Shown: in pieces, positions 54,139 to 62,950 of the stretch
How the letters are laid out: each line of letters begins with the position of its first letter
Position numbering within the stretch: position 1 is the first letter of the stretch
DNA from: Clostridiales bacterium
Lineage (GTDB): Bacteria; Bacillota; Clostridia; Oscillospirales; QAMX01
DNA length: 64,000 nt
Direction: 5' to 3'
Assembly (NCBI GenBank): GCA_016303065.1
Contig: JAEDMJ010000003.1
Coordinates: 9,552 to 73,551, forward strand
Notes under the pieces: generated by a model
The model's database searches: none
Told to the model about the DNA's origin: nothing
The model's input: only the letters and a program-made list of their open reading frames with translations
Position numbers and translations under genes: made by a program

Positions 54139-54277
54139 TTTTTCTTCCAACCCTCCGAAATCAATATTCACCGGCGCATTTTACCGCCGCGTGACTATAT
54201 TATATCCCATGATCGCCTTTCCCGCAAGAGCCGCGTTTTTTCTTTTTGAAGGCGGACAAAAAAAACAAAAAAATCTC

Positions 54278-54306
54278 TTGACAATCCGGCGGCAATCTGT
54301 TAAAAT
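54278..54306 (+). promoter_or_regulatory. Canonical sigma-A promoter for the tRNA pair
   Basis: TTGACA (54278-54283), 17-nt spacer, TAAAAT (54301-54306), about 25 nt before tRNA-Asp. Confidence 0.6.
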
Positions 54307-54330
54307 AACTGCTGTCGCAAATAACGATTT

Positions 54331-54405
54331 GGCCCGGTAGTTCAGTCGGTTTAGAACGCCAGCCTGTCACGCTGGAGGTCGTGGGTTCGAGCCCCATCCG
54401 GGTCG
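54331..54405 (+). tRNA. tRNA-Asp (GTC)
   Basis: Manual cloverleaf: acceptor GGCCCGG/CCGGGTC, D-stem GTTC/GAAC, anticodon stem CCAGC/GCTGG with loop CTGTCAC, T-arm GTGGG-TTCGAGC-CCCAT. No encoded CCA. Confidence 0.9.
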
Positions 54406-54408
54406 TAC

Positions 54409-54481
<73 letters not shown>

Positions 54482-54483
54482 TT

Positions 54484-54536
54484 TCAAATAAAGACGGCTT
54501 CTGTCAAAAACGGAAGCCGTCTTTATTTGAAAAAAG
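54484..54536 (+). terminator. Rho-independent terminator after the tRNA pair
   Basis: About 20-bp stem tcaaataaagacggcttctg / cggaagccgtctttatttga, flanked by a T-run on one side and an A-run on the other. Confidence 0.6.
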
Positions 54537-54540
54537 CAGA

Positions 54541-54599
54541 CCCGCATACAAAAAGAGCAGGTCCCGTGAAAAAACCGGGGCGTGCTCTTTTTTTGCGGG
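54541..54599 (-). terminator. Stem-loop terminator after the small-ORF locus
   Basis: Nested pairing cccgca..aaagagca..cccg/cggg..tgctcttt..tgcggg. On the minus strand it is followed by CTCTTTTTGT. Confidence 0.45.
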
Positions 54600-54731
54600 T
54601 CAAATCGAATAATTGAGGGAAATTTCCGTTTGCATCAGGTCGGCAATGGTTATCCCGTCAAAATAGCTGTTCACAAGCTTGTGGAACTCCGACAGAGTTT
54701 CCCGGTTCAAAGCGGTCTTTTCCGCAGTCAC
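54600..54731 (-). CDS. Small ORF 2 (43 codons, GTG start overlapping the ORF1 stop)
   Basis: VTAEKTALNRETLSEFHKLVNSYFDGITIADLMQTEISLNYSI. GTGA overlap with ORF1 and no RBS of its own. It could equally be the 3' part of a frameshifted 85-codon gene. Confidence 0.3.
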   Translation of the reverse strand: MTAEKTALNRETLSEFHKLVNSYFDGITIADLMQTEISLNYSI

Positions 54732-54853
54732 GCGGACTGCTTTTTGATCAGAACGGAGAACTTATCGGAAATCTGCGCGCAGCCGTACATACACATATGT
54801 CCACGCCGCATGCGCCCAACCGTCATAACGCCCATTTTATAAGACTTCCGCAT
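54728..54853 (-). CDS. Small ORF 1 (41 codons)
   Basis: MRKSYKMGVMTVGRMRRGHMCMYGCAQISDKFSVLIKKQSA. The ATG is preceded by AAAGGAGAA (7-nt spacer), has its own extended -10 promoter and a downstream terminator. Below the 60-aa cutoff of the ORF track. Confidence 0.4.
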   Translation of the reverse strand: MRKSYKMGVMTVGRMRRGHMCMYGCAQISDKFSVLIKKQSA

Positions 54854-54901
54854 TTTGCGTTCTCCTTTCGCCACGTATTACCAACCGTTCAGGTTGGCTG
54901 T

Positions 54902-54910
54902 ATTATATCA
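54902..54910 (-). promoter_or_regulatory. Extended -10 promoter (TGATATAAT) for the small-ORF locus
   Basis: Minus-strand TGATATAAT. An A/T-rich block lies upstream (54925-54955). A leader hairpin ccaacc-gttca-ggttgg (54881-54897) sits between it and the RBS. Confidence 0.4.
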
Positions 54911-54991
54911 CTACCTACTATGTCATAGGTAAAATAAAAAATTTATATTCTTTTTTCGCAGGCGAAGTTTTCCCGTAGCACGCGCATACGC

Positions 54992-55035
54992 CAACCGCCC
55001 TGCCGGAGTCTTTACATCCCCCGGCAGGGCGGTTG
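54992..55035 (-). other. Perfect 15-bp GC-rich stem-loop downstream of the methyltransferase gene (no U-tract)
   Basis: caaccgccctgccgg (54992-55006) / ccggcagggcggttg (55021-55035) with a 14-nt loop. Confidence 0.4.
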
Positions 55036-55068
55036 ACCGGCTTAAATCCGGCTAATTCTGCGCTTTTT

Positions 55069-55821
55069 TTACACTCTCCCCACATATCCCCGCGAAAAAT
55101 TTGCGATTCTGATTTGACCGTATTCGGCTCTCCGGTCAAAAAGTTCTTCCAGCGCGCCGGCGAAGGCGGAAAAATTTTCTTCTCCGGGCAGAGGGGCATA
55201 TGACGATGAGAGCATTCTTTTCACGAAGGCTTCCCGGCTGAAAAAAAGGTCGTATCTGAAATCTGCGCACTCGCAGCCCTTTTCAAAAAAGCCTGTGACG
55301 CGACCTTCATCCCGGTGTATATTCCCGCTGAAACCTTTGAATCTCGGGCAAAGCCTGCGGCAGAGTTCCTCGCATTCCCAGACCGTTTGGTCGGAAGCGT
55401 CCCTTATGTTCCATACAAGCGCCGCGCTTCCTCCCGGGCGGACTATCCTTTGACACTCGCGGGCAAAAGCCGCCGCGTCAAACCAGTGAAACGCAGAGGC
55501 GGCGGTCACATGGTCGACGCATGCGGAATCAAGCGCTGTGTCCGAGGCGGAACCGTTCACGGAAAAAAACCTTTTTTCGTTTCCGAGAAATTTTTCCGCA
55601 AAAGCCCGCATATCCGCGTTCGGCTCAACGCCGAACACGGTACAGCCCGTTTCCAAAAGCTGTTTTGAAAATTTTCCCGTTCCCGAACCGACGTCGGCCA
55701 CGGCGACGCCTTCTCCGAGACCCAGCTTCCCGGTCAGCCATTCCATTAGTTCCACGGCGTATCCCGGTCTTGCGGCGGAGTACGCCTCCGCTTTGCCGCT
55801 GAAAACAGATGTGTTTTCCAT
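55069..55821 (-). CDS. Class I SAM-dependent methyltransferase
   Basis: ..VADVGSGTGKFSKQLL.. motif I and ..VTAASAFHWFD.. The ATG at 55821 follows GGAGGAAAA. Confidence 0.8.
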   Translation of the reverse strand: MENTSVFSGKAEAYSAARPGYAVELMEWLTGKLGLGEGVAVADVGSGTGKFSKQLLETGCTVFGVEPNADMRAFAEKFLGNEKRFFSVNGSASDTALDSACVDHVTAASAFHWFDAAAFARECQRIVRPGGSAALVWNIRDASDQTVWECEELCRRLCPRFKGFSGNIHRDEGRVTGFFEKGCECADFRYDLFFSREAFVKRMLSSSYAPLPGEENFSAFAGALEELFDRRAEYGQIRIANFSRGYVGRV

Positions 55822-55894
55822 TTTTCCTCCGTCCCGTAAAAAACAACGCAAAGCCGAAGGAGATACTGTTCTCCTTCGGCTTTATCGCTGTGTA

Positions 55895-56458
55895 TCAGTT
55901 TTGTTGGGCTGCGCCGATGAAAAGCTTTGTTTTCGGATCCAGAAAAACGATCCTGACGTCCCCGGAGGGGAAGGTCACATGGGCTTCCACGGCGTATTCG
56001 CTCTTCGACTTCGGAGCCGGCTCGGCACAATCCGCCTTGTCCCGCAGATAGTAAGTCACCGACTCGAAGCCGCCGAGATTTTTTTCGATCTGGGAATCGT
56101 ACTGCGAAGAAAAAGTCACTCCGCATATGTATTCCAGAACATACGTCCAGCCGTTCCCAATATTCCTTGAATACACCTTTACGTTGTAAGCCGTGACTGC
56201 CGGAGTTTCCGGTTCGGATTTCGTGACGTAAAGGCGCGTTCCGGGGCCTTCGTCCAGGACAAAGAAATCTCCGTCCCGATAAGCGTCATCGGTTTCGAGC
56301 ATCGTCAAAACCTCCGCTTCAGTGTAAGCCGCGATTTCTTTGGGATCAACGGCGCTGACCATGTTCTCCGGAACGATATCCCTGGCGTTGAGCATGGCGA
56401 TGGCCACTGCGGTCACGATTATCATCGCGACCGGTATAGCCCAGAGCCATTTTTTCAT
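55895..56458 (-). CDS. Hypothetical membrane-anchored protein
   Basis: MKKWLWAIPVAMIIVTAVAIAML signal-anchor and about 160-aa extracytoplasmic domain. ATGA-type 4-nt overlap with the upstream gene. Confidence 0.55.
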   Translation of the reverse strand: MKKWLWAIPVAMIIVTAVAIAMLNARDIVPENMVSAVDPKEIAAYTEAEVLTMLETDDAYRDGDFFVLDEGPGTRLYVTKSEPETPAVTAYNVKVYSRNIGNGWTYVLEYICGVTFSSQYDSQIEKNLGGFESVTYYLRDKADCAEPAPKSKSEYAVEAHVTFPSGDVRIVFLDPKTKLFIGAAQQN

Positions 56459-57381
56459 TTAAGGTTGCGAAGCTCGGCGCGGAGCGACTCGGTAAGGCGC
56501 TCGCACTGGTGCATACGGTAGGTGTTCTGCTCCTTGAGCTCCTCAAGTCCGGAACGGCGGGTATAATGGGTCATCTCGGCGCCGGTCTGGCTGATGTGGT
56601 ACTTGGCGATTGCCGGATACTGGCTGAGGATCTCGCCGGAGGTTCCGAGAAAATCGGAAACACGGAGAGCCATTTCCGGATACTTTTCCCAGTTGTCACA
56701 GAGCCACTGGTAGAGGTCGGGGTGGACATTGCCCATGATTCCGCAGAAGCCGGCGGCGCCGTCCTTCAGGGACTGATAGAGAAGCGTGGAGTTGGCGTTG
56801 TAGATGCCGAAATTGGTTCCGCGGACTGCGTCGATCTTGACCTTGATGGCGTCGGAACGGCAGGAAGTCTCCTTGAGGAAAACATATCTGCCGGTGTCGG
56901 TGCAGTGGCGCAGGATCTTGGGCGTCATGTTGAGGTTATACTGGTCGGGCTTCTCGTAGAAGCCAAGGGGAATATCCTTGTCCTCGATACCGTCGACCAG
57001 CTGATCCAGGATCTCGATAAAGCGGTCTTCGTCATTTCCGGCAAGCTTGTTGATTCTTGCGGTTATGAAGCAGAGAGCGTCCGCGCCGGTCTTTGCCATG
57101 GCGTTCATCTCTTCGATCTGCTCCTCGAGGCTGTCAGAAACGTGGCCCGAGACGACGACGGTCATCTTGCCCTTGTGCTCGACGATGCACTTTGCAAGCT
57201 CGATGCGCTCTTCAAGGGTGAGCTTTTCGCTCTCGCTGGACGCACAAAGCGCAAGAACACCGGCGCAGTTGTGATCCTCGTACCACTTCATAAGTCTGCC
57301 CACGGCAGGATAGTCGATGGCGCCGTCAAGAGTGAAGGGGGTTATCATCGCCGGATAGGCGCCGCCAGGAATTGTCTTCAT
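56455..57381 (-). CDS. Dihydrodipicolinate synthase/N-acetylneuraminate lyase family (class I aldolase) protein
   Basis: ..YPAMITPFTLDGAIDY.., ..VVVSGHVS.., and a Schiff-base-lysine context ..YVFLKETS.. The ATG at 57381 has GGGAGAT upstream. Confidence 0.75.
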   Translation of the reverse strand: MKTIPGGAYPAMITPFTLDGAIDYPAVGRLMKWYEDHNCAGVLALCASSESEKLTLEERIELAKCIVEHKGKMTVVVSGHVSDSLEEQIEEMNAMAKTGADALCFITARINKLAGNDEDRFIEILDQLVDGIEDKDIPLGFYEKPDQYNLNMTPKILRHCTDTGRYVFLKETSCRSDAIKVKIDAVRGTNFGIYNANSTLLYQSLKDGAAGFCGIMGNVHPDLYQWLCDNWEKYPEMALRVSDFLGTSGEILSQYPAIAKYHISQTGAEMTHYTRRSGLEELKEQNTYRMHQCERLTESLRAELRNLK

Positions 57382-57446
57382 TGTTGTTATCTCCCATTTT
57401 ATTTTATATATTTGCCCCGCTTTTCCGCCAGTGAAAAGTTCGGACA

Positions 57447-58241
57447 CTATATGCTGTTTTTTTCAAAAAACTCAAGAGATATGCGGTTGAATTCTCTCCG
57501 CTGTTCGATATTGCAGATGTGCCCCGCGTTTTCGAGGAAAACCGTTCCCGCTCCTTTTATGCGCGACACAAGGCGCGGAGTAAATCTTTTGAACAGAAAA
57601 TCTTCCTCGCCCAGTATATAAAGCTGGGGGATCGGCGTCGGAAGCAGATTCAGCTTGTCGGTGTAATCGCCGAGACTGCTGGTTCCGAACATGAACCTCA
57701 CCCATGCACAGAACTCGTCCCCGCCCATCTTCGCCGCGCCCTTCACGAAAACCCTTCTGGCAAAGGCGTGTTTTTTCCCGGGAATGATGACCCTCGCAAA
57801 AAGCTTGTAAACGGTGTAATAGGACACGAACTTGCAAAGCCAGATTACCGGATACGCAAAAATTCTCATTCCGAGTTCAAAGCGCAGAATTCCCGAGCCC
57901 TGAACCATGCTTATCACGCGCCCGGGATACGTTGCCGCAAGACCTACGGCGATAATCGACGAGAGCGACACCGCCATAAAATGCGCCCGTTCCACGCCGC
58001 ACTCGTCCATGACGGCTATGATCTCGGCCACGATGTCTTCCATGACGTACTCTTTCGGCGCGGCGGGCTGTCTTGAATTTCCGTGGCCCGGAAGTTCAAT
58101 CGCAATCGTGTTGTAGTATTTTGAATATTCCCTTATCTGATATTTCAGCGACAGGATATTCCCGCCCAGACCGTGCAGCAAAACAATCCATTCCGAAGGT
58201 TCATCACGGAGTGTTTTTTCGTAATATAATATTTTTTCCAC
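57447..58241 (-). CDS. Alpha/beta hydrolase
   Basis: ..WIVLLHGLGGN.., a nucleophile-elbow-like ..FMAVSLSS.., and a C-terminal ..AGHICNIE.. Confidence 0.7.
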   Translation of the reverse strand: MEKILYYEKTLRDEPSEWIVLLHGLGGNILSLKYQIREYSKYYNTIAIELPGHGNSRQPAAPKEYVMEDIVAEIIAVMDECGVERAHFMAVSLSSIIAVGLAATYPGRVISMVQGSGILRFELGMRIFAYPVIWLCKFVSYYTVYKLFARVIIPGKKHAFARRVFVKGAAKMGGDEFCAWVRFMFGTSSLGDYTDKLNLLPTPIPQLYILGEEDFLFKRFTPRLVSRIKGAGTVFLENAGHICNIEQRREFNRISLEFFEKNSI

Positions 58242-58270
58242 CCCCGTGATATTTTTTGCAAAGGCTCAGA

Positions 58271-59746
58271 TCATTCGTTGGCTTTTGTCAAATATTCCGG
58301 ATCACAGCTCAGATTTATTCCGAGCTTTCTGTACGCCGCCGTATCCGAGGCGGTGAGCATGACGGTTGAGTGGGCTTCGCATCCGGCAAGCTCTCCCAGC
58401 TTGTCCATCGCCAGTTCAACGGACGGATTCATGTCGGCGCAAACGCTCATTGCAATGAGAACCTCTTCCACATTGAGCCGCGGAGTCGAATTCTTGAGAA
58501 CGGATTTCTTCATTTTGAGTATCGGCTCGAGCACTCTCGGCGAAAGCAGATGCACCGCATCCGCCATTCCCGCGCAGAGCTTCACCGCGTTGAGCATGGC
58601 GCTTGCCGGAGACGTCATAAGGTCCGAAATTCTCCCGGTGACAAAACGCCCGTCCGAAAGCTGAATCGCCGTGACCGGCACGCCCGTCTCTTCCGCCCGG
58701 GCGCGCGCCGAGTTGGCAACCTCCCGGTTTTCCGGACGGATGCCCGCCTGCTGCATTATCACCTGAATGCGCGACGAAACGTCCGCTTCGGCAAGTCCGA
58801 GCTTTTTGTCGCATACCGCCTTGTAATAGCGGCGGATTATCTCCTGGAACGAGGCGTCCCGGCAGGCCGAATCGTCGCAGATCGCATATCCCGCCATGTT
58901 GACTCCCATGTCCGTGGGAGATTTGTAGATATCCTTCCCGGTTATGCGCTCGAGTATCGTCCGAACGACGGGAAAAACTTCAATATCCCTGTTGTAGTTC
59001 ACCGTGGTCTGCCCGTAGGCCTCCAGGTGATAGGGATCGATCATATTCACATCCTGGAGGTCGGCCGTCGCCGCCTCATAGGCCAGGTTGACCGGGTGCT
59101 TGAGGGGAATATTCCAAATCGGGAAAGTCTCAAACTTTGCATATCCCGCAGTAACCCCGCGTTTGTTCTCATGATAGAGCTGGGAAAGCGCAGTGGCAAG
59201 CTTCCCGCACCCCGGTCCCGGTGCGGTTATCACGACAAGCGGACGCGTCGTCTCGATATAGGGGTTTGCGCCGTACCCCTCGTCGGAAATGATCGTCTCA
59301 ACATCCGTCGGATATCCCTTTGTCGGGCGGTGGATATAGGCCCTTATGCCCATGTTTTCAAGCCGTTTTCTGAACTTCGCCGCTGCGGGCTGGTCGTCGT
59401 AAAGGGTGATGACCACGGAATTGATCTTTATTCCAAGGTCCGACAGCAGTCCGACAAGACGTATCGCGTCCTCGTCGTAGGTAATGCCCATATCGGCGCG
59501 GATCTTGTTCTTTTCGATGGCCTCCGCGCTGACGCACATGATGAGCTCGGCGTCGTTCTTCATATGCAGAAGGAGCTTCACCTTTCCGTTCAGGTCAAAT
59601 CCCGGAAGAACTCTCGCCGCATGATAGTCGTCGAAGAGCTTTCCGCCGAACTCAAGGTAAAGTTTGTTGTTGAACTGGCTTATACGCTTTCTGATCTGTT
59701 CCGTCTGAAGCTTTATATATAGGTCATTGTCAAAGCCGATTCTCAT
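58271..59746 (-). CDS. DUF1846 / UPF0371 family protein
   Basis: The MRIGFDNDLYIKLQTEQIRKRI..KLYLEFGGKLFDDYHAARVLPGF opening is characteristic of UPF0371. Length is 491 aa. Confidence 0.8.
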   Translation of the reverse strand: MRIGFDNDLYIKLQTEQIRKRISQFNNKLYLEFGGKLFDDYHAARVLPGFDLNGKVKLLLHMKNDAELIMCVSAEAIEKNKIRADMGITYDEDAIRLVGLLSDLGIKINSVVITLYDDQPAAAKFRKRLENMGIRAYIHRPTKGYPTDVETIISDEGYGANPYIETTRPLVVITAPGPGCGKLATALSQLYHENKRGVTAGYAKFETFPIWNIPLKHPVNLAYEAATADLQDVNMIDPYHLEAYGQTTVNYNRDIEVFPVVRTILERITGKDIYKSPTDMGVNMAGYAICDDSACRDASFQEIIRRYYKAVCDKKLGLAEADVSSRIQVIMQQAGIRPENREVANSARARAEETGVPVTAIQLSDGRFVTGRISDLMTSPASAMLNAVKLCAGMADAVHLLSPRVLEPILKMKKSVLKNSTPRLNVEEVLIAMSVCADMNPSVELAMDKLGELAGCEAHSTVMLTASDTAAYRKLGINLSCDPEYLTKANE

Positions 59747-59769
59747 AAGCCGCCGTTACCCGCCCTTTT

Positions 59770-61011
59770 TTATTTTCTTATGTGTCCGTTTCCGCGGACC
59801 GTATACTTCATGCTCGTAAGCGCCTCAAGACCCATGGGTCCGCGGGCATGAAGCTTCTGCGTCGATATTCCGATCTCTGCTCCGAGCCCGAATTCGTTTC
59901 CGTCGGTAAACCTTGTGGACGCGTTGACATAGACCGCCGCCGCATCGACGCCGTTCAAAAATTTCTCCGCCGCAAAATAGTCCGATGTGACGATTGCCTC
60001 GCTGTGGCCCGTTCCGAAACGCGATATGTGCGCGATCGCCTCGTCCACGCCGCCGACAGCCTTCACGGAGATGACCGGCCCAAGAAACTCCGCCGCAAAA
60101 TCTTCCTCCGTCGCCTTTGATGCCCGTCCGTCCAAAACGGCAAGGCATTCGGGACAGCACCTGAGCTCAACGCCCTTTTCTCTCAGAGCGTCCGCAATCC
60201 CCGGAAGCATTCCAAGGGCTTCCCTGTCGATCAGAAGGCTTTCCGCCGCGTTGCAGACCGACATTCTCGACGTTTTGGCATTTACGACTATCGACTCCGC
60301 CATTTTGGCGTCGGCAGTCTTTTCAACGTATATGTGGCAGTTTCCGACGCCCGTCTCGATGACGGGGACGGTGGAATTCTCCGCGACGGCGCGGATGAGT
60401 CCCGCTCCGCCCCGCGGGATAAGGACGTCGATAAAACCGCGGGCGTGCATCATCGCATTGGCGCCCTCCCGCGTCGTGTCCGCGAGAAAATTGATGCAGT
60501 CGGCGGGAAGTCCGGCGCTTTCGACGGCGTCCCGCATGATACCCGCAAGCGCCCCATTGGAATTCAGGGCTTCCCTTCCCCCGCGCAGAACGCAGGCGTT
60601 CCCCGATTTTAAGCACAGCGCCGCCGCATCCACGGTGACGTTCGGGCGCGCTTCAAAGATTATTCCGACGACGCCGAGGGGAACTCTTCTCCGCTCAATA
60701 CGCAGTCCGTCGGGTCTTACATACCCTCGGTCGACAACGCCCACCGGATCCGGCAGCGCCGCGACCTCGCGCACTCCGCAGGCAATCGCCCCGATCCTCT
60801 CAGCGGTAAGCACAAGACGGTCGAGCATGACCTCTCTCATGCCTTTTTCCCGCGCCGCGCAAACGTCCGCGTCATTGGCTTCAATGATTTCGTTTTTCCG
60901 GCTTTCGATCAGATCCGCGATTTTCAAAAGCGCCGCATCCTTCTCGGCTCTTCCGGCGGCGGCAAGTCTCGGTGCGGCAAGTTTCGCCGCAGAAAAAATT
61001 TCCGTGCTCAC
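59770..61011 (-). CDS. proA: Glutamate-5-semialdehyde dehydrogenase
   Basis: ..PLGVVGIIFEARPNV.., ..NAKTSRMSVCNAAE.., ..GHSEAIVT..; 413 aa. Confidence 0.9.
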   Translation of the reverse strand: MSTEIFSAAKLAAPRLAAAGRAEKDAALLKIADLIESRKNEIIEANDADVCAAREKGMREVMLDRLVLTAERIGAIACGVREVAALPDPVGVVDRGYVRPDGLRIERRRVPLGVVGIIFEARPNVTVDAAALCLKSGNACVLRGGREALNSNGALAGIMRDAVESAGLPADCINFLADTTREGANAMMHARGFIDVLIPRGGAGLIRAVAENSTVPVIETGVGNCHIYVEKTADAKMAESIVVNAKTSRMSVCNAAESLLIDREALGMLPGIADALREKGVELRCCPECLAVLDGRASKATEEDFAAEFLGPVISVKAVGGVDEAIAHISRFGTGHSEAIVTSDYFAAEKFLNGVDAAAVYVNASTRFTDGNEFGLGAEIGISTQKLHARGPMGLEALTSMKYTVRGNGHIRK

Positions 61012-61832
61012 TGTTTCCGCACACCCTCCTTTGCTCTGAAAAGCGTTCCGCGCGCTCTGCCGGAGCAGATGTCGATAAGGATATTCGGGTCGCTCCCGTC
61101 GGCAAGAACGACATTGACCCCCGCCGCCATGGCAAGCTCCGCCGCGGCAAGCTTTGCCGCCATGCCTCCGGTCCCGAGAGCCCCCGCTCCTCCGGCAAGC
61201 CCCCTGAGCCCGTCGTCGATTTCGGTGACGACGGGAATAAGCTTTGCTTCGTCGTTTTCACGGGGATCGGAATCGTAAAATCCGTTTATGTCCGAAAGTA
61301 TGATCAAAAGATCCGCCTCGCAAAGCACGGCGACATTCGCGCCCAAACGGTCGTTGTCCCCAAAGCTCACAAGGTTTTCAAGCTCATAGGTGGATACGCT
61401 GTCGTTTTCATTGACGACGGGAATGACTCCGTGATCCAAAAGACAGCGGAAAGTGTTCGCCGCATTCTGCCGGCTCGTCGCGTTGTCGACAATATCCCTG
61501 GTCAGAAGCACCTGAGCCGTAACTGCGCCGTATTCGCTCAGCGCTTTGTCGTAAAGGTGCATCAGCGTGCACTGACCCACGGCCGCGGCAGCCTGCTTTT
61601 CGACGGTTTCCCGCGGTCTCTCCCTGAGACAGAGCTTTGCCGCTCCCGCAGCGACCGCTCCCGACGTCACAAGGACGACCTCATGCCCGGAGTTTTTCAG
61701 GTCCGAAAGCGCCTCGGCCAATTTGTTTATACGGCGGAGGTTGAGCTTGCCCGTTTCGTGCGTGAGGGTCGACGATCCGACCTTCACCACAATTCTGTTT
61801 ATTTTGTTTGGATCGATATAAGGCACAGGCAA
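61008..61832 (-). CDS. proB: Glutamate 5-kinase (short form without PUA domain)
   Basis: ..RIVVKVGSSTLT.., ..VLVTSGAVAAG.., ..VVNENDSV.., ..FGDNDRLGA..; ATGA-type overlap with proA. Confidence 0.9.
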   Translation of the reverse strand: MPVPYIDPNKINRIVVKVGSSTLTHETGKLNLRRINKLAEALSDLKNSGHEVVLVTSGAVAAGAAKLCLRERPRETVEKQAAAAVGQCTLMHLYDKALSEYGAVTAQVLLTRDIVDNATSRQNAANTFRCLLDHGVIPVVNENDSVSTYELENLVSFGDNDRLGANVAVLCEADLLIILSDINGFYDSDPRENDEAKLIPVVTEIDDGLRGLAGGAGALGTGGMAAKLAAAELAMAAGVNVVLADGSDPNILIDICSGRARGTLFRAKEGVRKQ

Positions 61833-61873
61833 AACCTCCCTTTGCTGTAAAAATACGGTCTCCTCCGAAAAAA

Positions 61874-62950
61874 TCAGGCGCGGCCGCCGTCCGAAGGAAT
61901 AAAATAGTTGAAACGGTCAAATGCCGGGGGAGTGTACTCGCCGATGCCGGACGTTCCGTCGTAAAGCGAAACATAGGTCTTTTCAAGCCTTCCGGTATCT
62001 TCGTTCAGAACGATGACTCTTCCTCCGCGGACGAAATAGTCCCTGTACGGCGATTCGCCCTCCGGCGGATGCCGTCTTGCCTCGCTCTGCAGCGCGTGCG
62101 GCCTCGGCCAGAGCGCCCACCGGCAGTTTCCCGAACAGCGGCCGTAGGCAAGGGTTATGCCCATGAGCTGCCCCTGGAAGCTGTTCGTGTGGTCATGGCC
62201 GGCAAACACTCCGCGGAAGTCTCCGAGACGGAGCAGTATTCCGAAAAGCCCCTCTCCGACCGGCGCGCGGCAGACCATCTCTCCGTGATCGCCCCATATT
62301 CCGTCGAACATCCAAAGGTCGTCGAACTCCGCAAGGGGCACATGGTCAAAAAGGATCGCCGGAACGGACCCAAGCTCGGACTGAAGCTTCCTGTGCGTCT
62401 TTTCAAGCCACTCTGTCTGACCGGGAAGAATATATGAATCCCGCCGGGTGAGCTGTCCCGGGGTAAATTCATATTTTATGCCCGAGTGGCAGTCCAGATG
62501 GTAGAGAGCCCAGGCCATCCGGCTTTTGTCCCGGCTCATGACGGGAACCATGTAGTTCCCAACGCCGAGAGCTTCGTCCCCCCGTTCGAAAAGGCTCAGT
62601 TCATGCTTTTCAAGCGTTTCGGCGATCGCGAACTGCCGCCCGGACTTTCCGTCGGGAGCGACGTCGCTTTCATGGTTTCCGAGGGTGTACGTATACGGAA
62701 CTCCGAAAGCGTCGATTTTTTCAAGAAGCGCATCAAGCCTTCCGGTACACACGCTTCGCTCTCCGTCGCAGGAGATATCCCCCGTAAACGCGATCAGATC
62801 CGGCTTTTCCCTTTCGATCAGCCCGCACGCGGAATCCACGGCGGCTCTGTCCCGGCCTTCAACGTCAAAAAGATGCATATCCGTCAGCTGAAGGATGCGG
62901 AACGTGCCGTCTTCACGGAATTTGAGAACAGGTTTTTTCAAAAAACTCAC
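61874..62950 (-). CDS. Metallophosphoesterase (calcineurin-like)
   Basis: ..ILQLTDMHLF.., ..IAFTGDIS.., ..LGNHES.., ..AGHDHTN.. metal-ligand motifs. Confidence 0.75.
   Translation of the reverse strand: MSFLKKPVLKFREDGTFRILQLTDMHLFDVEGRDRAAVDSACGLIEREKPDLIAFTGDISCDGERSVCTGRLDALLEKIDAFGVPYTYTLGNHESDVAPDGKSGRQFAIAETLEKHELSLFERGDEALGVGNYMVPVMSRDKSRMAWALYHLDCHSGIKYEFTPGQLTRRDSYILPGQTEWLEKTHRKLQSELGSVPAILFDHVPLAEFDDLWMFDGIWGDHGEMVCRAPVGEGLFGILLRLGDFRGVFAGHDHTNSFQGQLMGITLAYGRCSGNCRWALWPRPHALQSEARRHPPEGESPYRDYFVRGGRVIVLNEDTGRLEKTYVSLYDGTSGIGEYTPPAFDRFNYFIPSDGGRA

Noticed and set aside
54200-54397. 65-aa minus-strand ORF (MGLEPTTSSVTGWRSKPTELPG..)
   Set aside because: It is the reverse complement of tRNA-Asp. 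This is the classic spurious peptide produced by translating a tRNA antisense.
54728-54730. TGA between the two small ORFs as a selenocysteine or read-through codon
   Set aside because: Reading through the TGA in frame runs into a further stop after a few codons (..KKQSA*LRKRPL*). The downstream ORF is in a different frame. I saw no SECIS-like hairpin immediately 3' of the TGA.
54582-54842. 86-aa + strand ORF in the tRNA-methyltransferase spacer
   Set aside because: It starts at a GTG inside a terminator stem and has no RBS. It is antisense to the better-supported minus-strand small ORFs, which have a promoter, an RBS and a terminator.
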